Source: Sphyrna mokarran (taxonomy: Eukaryota). Taken from it: a DNA stretch of 64,000 nucleotides. The position numbers were made by a program, and so were the translations under genes. The stretch is taken from contig JAGIQG010000002.1 of NCBI GenBank assembly GCA_024679065.1, positions 71,982,001-72,046,000 of the forward strand. Direction: 5' to 3'. This document shows, piece by piece, positions 13,901 to 23,514 of this stretch (position 1 is the first letter of the stretch; every line of letters starts with the position of its first letter). Below the pieces are notes generated by a model. The model was not told where the DNA came from. It saw only the letters and a program-made list of their open reading frames with translations, and searched no databases.

Positions 13901-14750
13901 CTCAGCCATGTTTCAATAATAGCTATAAAAACGCAGTCCCATATACCCACCCATTCCCTGAATTCATTTGCCTTGCTTGTCAGGTTTTTGCATTGAAATA
14001 AATATAGTTTAATCTAGACTTCCCTTGCTCTCTGCCCTGCTTTCTCAGACCATTTGTCCAGTCATGTTTTGTATACTATCTCTGTTTTATTTCTCTTAGC
14101 TTTATTGGACCCATTCACTGAATTCTTCACAGAATCTGTACTCTACTCTGGCCCTTTTTGATCTTTGACTTTGGTTTCTCTGCCTTTCCCCCTTATTTTA
14201 CCCCTTATTGCCTTTTATTTCTGTCTCCTTTTTACTTCCCTTTGACTTTCTGCATTGGTTCCCATCCCCCTGCCACATTAGTAGTTTAAATCTTTCCCAA
14301 TAGCACTAGCAAATACACCCCCCCCCCAGGTAATTGGTGCAGACCATCGATTTGTACGGGTCCCACTCCCCCACAGAACCGGTTCCAATGTCCCAGGAAT
14401 TTGAATCCCTCTGTCTTGCAACATTTTTTAAGCCACATACTCATCTTGGCTATCCTGACATTCCTACTCTGACTTGCACATGGCACTGGTAACAAACCTA
14501 AGATCACTTTGAGGTCAGTACTTTTTAGTTTTAAGTCCTCAATCCCTAAATTCAGCTTGTAGGACCTCATCCTGTTCTTTCTTACTTCGTCGATGCCTGT
14601 GTGCACCTTGGCTGTTCACCCTCCCCCTCCAGAATATCTTGCAGCCTCTCCGAGCCTCTCCTTGACTCTTGCACCAGAGAGCCAACATACATCCTGGAGT
14701 TTCATTTGCATCCACAGAAACGCCTGTCTATTCCACTTGCAATTGAATCC
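10925..14750 (-). mobile_element. Long decayed CR1 LINE: ORF1 esterase, endonuclease, RT and 3' tail
   Basis: ORF 14286 LLPVP..WLKKCCKTEGFKFLGHW (SGNH-type ORF1); ORF 13196 GNFN..IDW..LDLLL..GDHN (APE); ORF 11589 TSGVPQGSVLG..YINDLD..KFAVDTK (RT). Confidence 0.9.
12385..12826 (+). mobile_element. CR1 3' fragment inserted antisense in the long CR1
   Basis: SYEERLDKLGLF; ggaacataggtttaaggtg; tail ctatgttctttgttc. Confidence 0.85.
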
Positions 14751-14816
14751 CCTTATACTCAAATTGTCTTGCTATGAAGGCCAACATACCATTCTTACGT
14801 TGGTTAGCAGATAAGT

Positions 14817-15132
14817 GGGACAGCATAGTGGTGAGCACTGCTGCCTCACTATGCCAGGGACCCAGGTTTGATTCCTGGCTTGGGTCACTGTCTGTGTGGA
14901 GTTTGCACATTCTCCTTGTGTCTGCGTAGGTTTCCTTCAGGTGCTCCGGTTTTTTCCCACAATACAAAGATGTTCAGGTTAGGTGTATTGGCCGTGCTAA
15001 CTTGCCTCTTAGTGACAGGGGGACTAGTTATAGTAAGTGCATGGGGTTGTGAGATTAGGGTCTGGGTGGGATTGTGGACAGTACAGACTTGATGGGCCAA
15101 ATGGTCTCCATCTGCGTTGTAGGATTCTGTGA
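14817..15132 (+). mobile_element. HE1-like V-SINE
   Basis: gtggtgagcactgctgcctcac, V-domain, tail gatgggccaaatgg..taggattctgtga. Confidence 0.9.
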
Positions 15133-15780
15133 TACCGTTTCTTTCCTTAATCTGCCTAACAATCTGTCTTTCTATTTTTCCTCCTGCAGTGAATAACCTC
15201 ACATTTATCCACATTATACGACCTTTGCTATACTTATGCTCATACGTTCAGCCTGTTCAAATCTTACTGAAGCATCTCTACATCCTCCTACCCAGCTTTT
15301 TATTATCTGCAAATTTGGAAACAGCACATTTAGTTACCTCTTCCAAATTATTAATATATAATATGAACAGTGGGGGTCCTAGTGTAGATCCTGACAGGTA
15401 CCCCACTATTCACCACCTTCCAATTACAAAAGCGCCCAATTATGTCAACTCTTTACTTCCTATCTGCTAACCAAGACACTATCAGCAATCCTAACATTAC
15501 ATAGTAGTATGCTATGTGAGACTTTTTGAAAGCCTTCTAAAAGTCTAAGTAAACCACATCCACCGGTTCTCTTTGGTTAAATCTACTGGTTACATACACC
15601 AAGAATTCCAATAAATTTGTCAAGCATGATTTCCTCTTTGCAAATTCATTTTCACTTTGTCTGATTGTACCACCGCTTTCCGAAGGCTGAGCTATGAAAT
15701 CCTTGATAATGGATGCTAGCAACTTCCCCAGTACCTACATTAGTCTCACTGACGTATATTTCCCTGTTTTCTCTCTACCA
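15133..15780 (-). mobile_element. CR1 RT fragment
   Basis: ORF 15537 KSCLTNLLEF..VDVVYLDF. Confidence 0.85.
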
Positions 15781-15954
15781 CACTTACCGTGCTGTTTGGA
15801 GACAATACACCTGTCTCTAACCTCAGTGCTCAGTGTTCCTTCCACTCACATTGTTAGCCACTTTAAGACTTGAATGGTAGGTTAGGTGTAAGGATTCGCA
15901 TTCTAATCAGCAATCTGTAAACTGTCTGTCCTGATATGTGTGCTTTTGGAGACC

Positions 15955-16060
15955 AGAACACCTCATTCTCCTGACGAAGGCACAAACGCTGAAAGCTAGC
16001 AGGTTTATTATCAAATAAATCGGTTGGATTTAAAATTGGTGTTGCCAGACTCTTACTGAA
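15955..16060 (+). mobile_element. Penelope-like terminal repeat fragment with a degenerate minimal hammerhead motif
   Basis: ctgacga..gaaagctag followed by caaataaatcggttggatttaaaattggtgttg. Confidence 0.6.
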
Positions 16061-16064
16061 TTCC

Positions 16065-16905
16065 TAATGTTATCAGTACAGTTGGGTGGTCCTTAAAACA
16101 CCCCCACAAATATTTTTTGCCCCTTGGCAAACTTTTTTAACTTGATACATATAGATTCCACATCATCTATGGTAATATCTTTTCTCAATATTGTATCAAC
16201 ATCATCTTTTAATCAACAATGCAACTCCAGCACCTTTTCCATTCTGTCTGTCTTTCCTAAACACTGAATAACCCTCAATGTTTAGTTCCCACCCTTGGCC
16301 ACCTTGGAGCTATACCTGTGTAATACTAACTATATCATACCCTTTACATCAATCTGCACACCTAATTCATCCATTTTGTTTTGAATGCTCTGAGCATTCA
16401 GGTACAAAATCTAAAGTGAGCCCTTTTTAATGTTTCTTGTCTCATTCCTACTATTTTTTTACTTTGGCCTTATTGGATTCTGGCCTTTGATTTTTCTGTC
16501 TATCACATCTTATTTTCCTTCCTGTCCTTTCCACTTGTTCTGAATCCTTGCTCTGAATCCTTACATAGGCTTTTATCTCCCTGTCATATTAGTTTGAACC
16601 CTTCCCAAACGTTGTAGCATGTCCCCTTCTCCCTCCCCACACACCCACACACTTTCCCTCAAGAACGTCAGTTCTGGTCTTGCCCAGGTGCTATCCATCT
16701 TATTTGTATTGGTCCTACCTCTCCCAGAACCAGTCCCAATGCCCCAGGAATCTGAAACCCTTCCCTTCACACCATCTTTTCAGCCACATATTCATCTCAT
16801 ATATCCTACTTTGATTAGCACGTTGCACAGATAGTAATTCTGAGATAACTACCTTTGAGGTTCTACTTTTCAGCTTGTTTCCTAGTTCCCTATGTTCTGC
16901 TTTTA
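16065..16905 (-). mobile_element. CR1 ORF1 esterase and endonuclease fragment
   Basis: ORF 16715 LKSRTSKVVISELL..NMWLKRWCEGKGFRFLGHWD. Confidence 0.8.
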
Positions 16906-17049
16906 GAATTTGCAATTCAAGGAAGTATAGTTTGTAGGCTATGATAGTTATTAATTCCCTCAAAAGAAGCTATATAAGTCTTGCAAAGTGATAATGTTAT
17001 TGTAAGATTCTCACTTAAGCCAATTGACCCAATCTACTTATGGTACTTC

Positions 17050-17880
17050 TATATTACAGGATGATACAGGCAGGCTGATCAGATGGGCAGTGCAGTGGCA
17101 AATGGAATTTATCCCTGAAAAGTGAGAGGTGATGCATTTTGGGAGAAATGAAAGGGCAAGCCAATGCAGTGAACAGTAGAACTCTAAGAAGACAGAGGAC
17201 CAAAGAGACCTCAAGGTGCATGTCTTAAGGTCCCTGAAAGCAACAGGACAGGTAGATAAGGTGCTTAAGAAGACATATAGGATACCTGCTTCTATTTGCC
17301 AAGGCAAAGGATACAAAAGTAGGGAAAGTTAAGATGAAGCTGTGTAAAATGCTCATTATGCCACAGCTGGATAATCTATGTGCAATTCTGGTCACCACAC
17401 TATAAGAAGGACGAGACCCCAGTTGAAGTTCACCAGGATGTTGTCTGGGCTGGAGCATTTCAACTGTGAAAAGAAGCTGGCTAGACTGGGGTTGATTTCC
17501 TTAAAGCAGTGAAGATTGAGGGGGTATTTGATCAAGGGTTACAAAATTATAAGGGACATAGGGTAGATGACAAACAACCTTTCCCCTTCATAGAGAGGTC
17601 AATATCCAACATGCATAGGCTTAAGATAAGGGGAAGATGATTGAGGAGATTTGATTCACTCAGAAGGTCTTGGGAATCTAGAACTCACTGCCTGAAAGGG
17701 TGATGGAGGCAGGAACCCTTGAGGCATTTCAGAAGCATTTAGATGAGAACTTGAAATGCCATAGCATACAAGGCTAGGAACCAACTTTTGAAAATTGGGA
17801 TTAAAATAGATAGAGGCTTGATGACCATCACTGACACAATGGGCCATAGGGCATCTTTTTATGCTGTAAAATTCTATGAC
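17050..17880 (+). mobile_element. Decayed CR1 3' end
   Basis: WAVQWQMEF.PEK; VQFWSPHYKK; tail gctgtaaaattctatgac, ending just upstream of an exon acceptor. Confidence 0.85.
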
Positions 17881-17919
17881 TGTCTTTTAATCTTGATTTA
17901 AAAATATGCCTTTTTCTAG

Positions 17920-18112
17920 ATTGCAGAACTGAAGGTCGAACTTCAAAAATTAACAAGGACGAATGGAACACAAATGAACAATAACAATAACATCTTTGGA
18001 GAGGAGCAGGAAAGGAAAACATCATTCATGGATACAATGAGAGAACCTTCTCTTAAAGCTATTGATAGCTTTACAAGAATGCAGGAGTACAATCTTGATG
18101 GTTCAATTGAAG
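17920..18112 (+). CDS. PPP1R9A: Neurabin-1 exon IAELKVELQKLTRTNGTQMNNNNNIFGEE...NLDGSIE
   Basis: Acceptor tttttctag; open frame matches IRDLEAEVFRLLKQNGTQVNNNNNIFE; donor G|gtgggg (phase 1) just before an in-frame TGA. Confidence 0.88.
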
Positions 18113-18329
18113 GTGGGGAGATCTGATACTAGTAAAGAATAATTACACATTTTAATACTACCTAGTTCAATTTGGAAAATTGTTTAGAATATTTTTTATT
18201 TTTGGATGATCCATCACCAGGCATAAAGAAAATCTAAAATAGAGAATTTTTCAGCTTCATGTTGAATGCATGAAAATAAGGAAAATGTGTTTTTTTAAAA
18301 ACTGAATATTTTTTGCTATTTTTACGGCA

Positions 18330-19700
18330 TGCAGATTGCTATGAGATGACAATCCTGCAAGTAAAGTTTAGGGAGCTAGGAAGGAAACTAGCAAACAGGA
18401 CCTCGGGTAACAATCTCCAGAAATTTCCCTGTATCTCACAAATGTGAATATAGAAATAGGATAAAGCAGATTAGTGTATGGTTGATACAGGAAGAAGTGC
18501 TTTAGATTTCAAAGGTTCTGGGACCTGTTCTGAGGGAAATGAGATCTGTGTAAGTTAGATTGGTTGTACCTGAACAAATCTCAAACCACTGTCCTTGAGG
18601 GGTGATTTGCAAGTGCAATGGTGATACTTTAACTTACAGGGGTTACAGGAGGTGTTAAGGTAGCAATGTGGTAGGAAATAGTGAGTGCGGTCAGAGTAAG
18701 AAGAAATGTAAAATAATCTAAATTAATAATAATATTGTGCATGTATGTCATAGAGGTTTACAGCAAGGCAACAGGCCCTTTGACCCAACTTGTCCATGCT
18801 GCCTCATTTTTAATCACTAGGCTGGTCTCAATTGCACGCATTTGGCCCATATCCCTCTATACCCATCTTATCAATGTAGCTCTGTAAACAGTTTTTAAAA
18901 GACAATATTGTACCTGCCTCTACTACGACATGTGAATGCATGGAGTGTGGCAAATAAAGTTTGTCAGCTACAGCCATAGATAATTACATAGAAATATGAC
19001 ATGGTGATAATTGAGACCTGACTCAATGAGGACAGGACTGTGTACTAAATTTTCTTGGATAAATAGGTGTTCAGGGAAGAACAAAGAACAAAACAGCATG
19101 GGAAATAGGCCCTTCAGCCCAACGAGCCCGTGCTGCCACCTCCATGTTCCCACTTCCACCCATGATCCCTGTCTATGTATATAGAAATCTGCATTGGAAC
19201 CAAATTTGTGAGACAATTTAGGGAGAATTTGTTTTGCCAGTCAGCCTAAGAACACATCTTTGGGGTATGGGAGGAAACCAGAGCACCCGGAGAAAACCCA
19301 CACAAGCACGGGGAGAATGCGCAAACTTCCACAGACAGATAGCCACGGAGCTGTCGTGTTGCCCATCAACTGGTCCAGTTCAAGCGTACACTAATGACGT
19401 GAAGCACTTGAAAAATCCAAGAGCAGCCCTCTCACGACCCATCGCGTGTATGCCCCTTTTTAGACAACAAGGGGACCGAAGTACCTATAGGATAAAACAG
19501 AAATACTTGAATATCATTCACAATTTTTACTGTGTATTCTGTAGGCCACCTGCTGGTAGAAAAGATGTCTTGCAATGAATTTGCAAAGAAATTAGAGACA
19601 AATGCCAGAATAATGAATAATAATGGAGGATTTCAATTATGCTGATATAGACTAGGATATTAATATGGGAAAAGGAAGAGAGGGGTAGGAGTATCTATCA
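18330..19700 (+). mobile_element. Old CR1 5' part (ORF1/endonuclease) fragmented by later insertions, including a minus-strand CR1 tail at 18748-18930
   Basis: Degenerate ELGRKLANRTS, FCRPP, IIMGDFNYADID. Confidence 0.65.
19081..19465 (-). mobile_element. Atypical V-SINE: V-domain plus CR1-type tail, without a tRNA head
   Basis: V-domain rc ggaaaccagagcacccggagaaaacccac..ggggagaatgcgcaaact; tail rc aacaaagaacaaaacagc..ggcccttcagccca; no A/B box upstream. Confidence 0.7.
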
Positions 19701-20435
19701 CTATTTTACACTATCAATGGTAGGAGTCTTAGCTGTGTGGAAGAGCAGAGGGATCTTGGGGTCCGGGTCCATAAGACTCTCAAATCGGCCTCCCAGGTGG
19801 AGGATGTGGTTAAGAAAGCTTAAGGTGTACTGGCCTTCATTCATCGAGGGATTGAGTTCAGGAATCAGGAGGTAATGCTGCAGCTTTATAGGACCCTTGT
19901 CAGACCGCACTTGGAGTACTGTGCGCAGTTCTGGTCGCCTCACTATAGGAAGGACGTGGAAGCTATTGAAAGGGTGCAGAGGAGATTTACAATTGCCTGG
20001 ATTGGGAGGCATGCCTTATGAAGACAGGTTGAGGGAGCTGGGACTGTTCTCCCTGGAGAGACGAACGTTGAGAGGCGACCTGATAGAGGTTTACAAGATG
20101 TTGAGAGGAATAGATAGGGTGGACTCTCAGAGACCATTTCCCAGGGCTGAAATGGTCGCGACGAGAGGGCACAGATTTAAGGTGCAGGGAAGCAAGTACA
20201 GAGGGGATGCTAGGGGAAAGTTTTTCACTCAGAGGGTGGTGAGTGAATGGAATCAGCTGCCGTCGGTGGTGGTCGAGGCGAACTCGCTGGGGTCTTTTAA
20301 AAGACTTCTGGATGAGTATATGGGATCCAATGGGATTGGGGGTTACAGATAGGTCTATGGCTGGGTAGGTTTTGATGTGTTCGGCACAACTTGTGGGCCA
20401 AAGGGCCTGTTTGTGCTGTAGTGTTCTATGTTCTA
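19700..20435 (+). mobile_element. Young 5'-truncated CR1
   Basis: LVRPHLEYCAQFW, LRELGLFSLERR, GKFFTQRVV; tail gtgttctatgttcta; same subfamily as 25220-25957. Confidence 0.95.
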
Positions 20436-20784
20436 TCTAGAGTGTGTTCAAGAGTATTTTCTGATATGCATAGGCTGGACTTTGCACCGAGGGCATGCTC
20501 ATCACATCCCAGCATAAATGTTGCAGATGAATCTACCTTGATTTAGCTAGCTCATTCCTCTTTAATTTTTTGAGTGATGGCCATTTACTGAGTATGAGGC
20601 AGAACTTGTCTCTGCCTTCAGGAAGAAGTTCACTTTATAAAATGATTCACAATTGTCAAAATGCCAACAGCCTTGTAAAATGGCCCTTTATCGGGCCGTT
20701 GGATAATTAAATTGGCAGCCGGCCTATTCTGGTTCCACAATTTGCTAAAATATCTTGATTATAGGATATAGTGAAGAAATTGTT

Positions 20785-21127
20785 CCACCGCTGGATTCAG
20801 AAGCCCAGGTTTAATGCTTCGGCGACATGGATTCAGATCGCACCCAGGCAGCTAGTGGAATTAAAATTTAATTACTTAATAAGAATCTGTAACTGTGAGA
20901 TCAACTCAGTAATGATGTCAAAACCAGTATTGATTGTTATAAAAACCCATCTCATTCACTAGTGTCCTTTAGAAAAGGACACCTGTCCTTGCCTGTTCTG
21001 GTCTACATGTGACTCCAGACCCACAGCAACGCAGTTGACTTCTAACTAGTCTAGAGGGCAGTTAGGAACAGGCAACAAGTGCTGGCCTTGCTGATGATTC
21101 CCACCTCATAAAAGAACAGAAAAAAAG
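20785..21127 (+). mobile_element. Short SINE-like element sharing head and tail with the LINE at 42-44 kb
   Basis: aaaaacccatct..ttcactagtgtcctttagaaaagga..catgtgactccagacccacagcaa, then tail gggcagttagg..tgctggccttgc and A-tract. Confidence 0.7.
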
Positions 21128-21195
21128 CAAAAAGAGTAAGAAACAGAGTTCCTACCTGCACTAAGGTATTATGTACGTTCAAGATTTTTTTGTTA

Positions 21196-21470
21196 TTAGA
21201 ATCCCTACAGTACAGAAGGAGGCCATTTGTCTCATCAAGGCTGTACTGAGCACAATCCCACCCAGGCCCTATTCCTATGACCCCATACATCAGGCTAAAC
21301 CACTGACACTAAGGTCAACCTAACCTGTACACTTCTGGACTGAGAGAAAACCGGAGCACCCGGAAGAAACCTGCACAGACATGGGGAGAAAGTGCAAACT
21401 CCACTCAGTGACCTGAGGCTGGAATTGAACCTGGGCCCCCATGACTGCGAGGCAGCAGTGCTAACCATTG
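21196..21470 (-). mobile_element. HE1-like V-SINE with internal deletions
   Basis: tagaatccctacagtacagaaggaggcc; ggaattgaacc; gcagtgctaacca. Confidence 0.85.
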
Positions 21471-21779
21471 TTCCATAATAGGTAATAATAAGTAAAACTT
21501 TTGAATACAAGATATGCCATAAGCTCTGTTGTGTTGAAATGTCATTAGTATTGCAATGCAATTACGTAAAAATGATAGGATGTAGGTTTTTGCTGCATTT
21601 TCATGTGTTCTGAATCTTGCCCTGTGTCGTCATCAGCTAAAACGTAGGGCAAAGCACAGGTATCCGTGCATAAAATCAAAGATGATTCAGTGTGTGTGTC
21701 TGTAATTTAGATGTTGGGAGCTTTAACAGTATTTATACGACATGAAGTTATGTATGTTATCCCATAGAGAGACCACTTC

Positions 21780-22490
21780 ATGTTCTGATATTATCCATTC
21801 ATACCATCTTGTGCACATTTTCCAAGTGTATTGCCTTGCATTACCCCTCTCTTTTTCCAAACCCCCTCCTGTTCGTATCGCTTGCACAAAATATGTGAGC
21901 TTCCTTGAAGTCATTGTCTCAAACAAGCTCCTCTTAACACGAGTTTTCTCAGATACCCAGTTGTTTGTCGGTTTGGCCATCCATGAATCATACAATATCT
22001 GTCTGATGTTCCTTTGATTTTAAATGCTTTTATTTGAGCCTTGGCACTCCTCTTGATGGTCCAGCTTCCGCAGCCATACAATTTACAGTTTTCAGAAGAC
22101 CAATTTTTCAAATAATTAAGAACGCTTGCCTACTCAACATTCTTTCAAATGAGTTCACATTGCCATGACTCTTGTTACGTGTAATCCAAATTTCTTTGGC
22201 AGACTCTGCATCTTCCATGATGAGTGACCCAAGGAATTAACCTGTTCAAGATGAACTCTATTAATCAGAACCTTGCAGGTCATTATACCCATTCCCATCA
22301 CCTTTATTTTATTGACATTAATCAGGAGGCTGTATTCAATTTGGCCTTTATATTCCAACTCACAGCCATTCTTGTATAGGTCCAAAATATTATGCATCAA
22401 TTTTCTTGCTTCTGTTCATTCTTGTCAGAAGCTGACTGAATGGAATGCATTGGGTAAAACTTTTTTGTAATTAATCAAGCTTGAATCCAC
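21780..22490 (-). mobile_element. Decayed RTE-clade LINE
   Basis: LYGCGSWTIK..IKAF; INVNKIKVM..LEQVNS; RKLTYF. Confidence 0.7.
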
Positions 22491-23514
22491 ATTTTTTAAT
22501 TTATTAGTGTGATTACGTTTACCGATATGTGCATAGAAAATACTATAATTACTATATATTTTAAAAGTTTTACACTGACCTAATTCAATAGACCAAACTC
22601 TGAATCAACAGTTATCCAGCTACAACAGGTCAAAAAAATTGAGTTCCGATGCTACCAAAATTGCATCTGCGTGATTGGATTGTGTTTCATGAGTTGAAAC
22701 TAGGAACTACTTGATGCAAAAAGACTTTTTTAGGTTGAAGTTTTTTAAATGCTGATTTTATCATGCTTACAGATTATTAATAGCATGTGAATCAATTTGC
22801 TACTGTTGTTGATGTTGGGTTAAAAAATGGTAGTTATGTTTGAATTATTGAAGTGTTCTTTACTTCTATGTATGTTAGGTATTTGGATTTCCTGTTGCCT
22901 AAATGGTCAACATTATAGATGTAAAAATGTTATTTTAATATATCTTTGTGTATGTTTTTCTTAATTCTCGTATTCGGACTAGCATTTAGCCAGTCATGCT
23001 ATTGCAAGAGGAATTCTGCACATGCATGCTATTATCATTTGGAAATGTACATTTTAGTGTCTTAGGAAATGAAATTGTTCAAGTCCCTAGATTATTGAAA
23101 ATATTGTTAGGGAAGACTCAAGTTTTATTTTTGAAGATAGCAGAAGTGTTAAAGAAAAATTATTTTTAGTCTTTATATTTTGTTTCTTGGCATTTGTAAA
23201 TTGACTTACTACAAGCAAAGCACAAGCATAAATATGTGTAATTCCAATGGGTTAACAAATATATTAATATTTTTGTCATAGATTCCCTTAAGTAAGTTAG
23301 TGCATGGATGTTGTTCAAAGAATTCCTATTATTCTTTCAGTATAGCCACGTAAGTGTGGGTCTTTTTTTTTGTTGTTTTAGTTTAGTACATTTCAGAAAA
23401 GCTTTTCGAAAACTACATTGATTGCATAGATTTTTAGAGCACCAGGTGAATGCAATCAGCCTTATTAGTTAGGAGACATAGTAAGTTGTATGCATGGGAG
23501 TAGTAAGTTGTATG

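Noticed and set aside
19385-19440. SECIS-like or hammerhead-like reading on the + strand
   Set aside because: The quartet register is off by one, the hammerhead core is mismatched (ctaatga), and the location is intronic.
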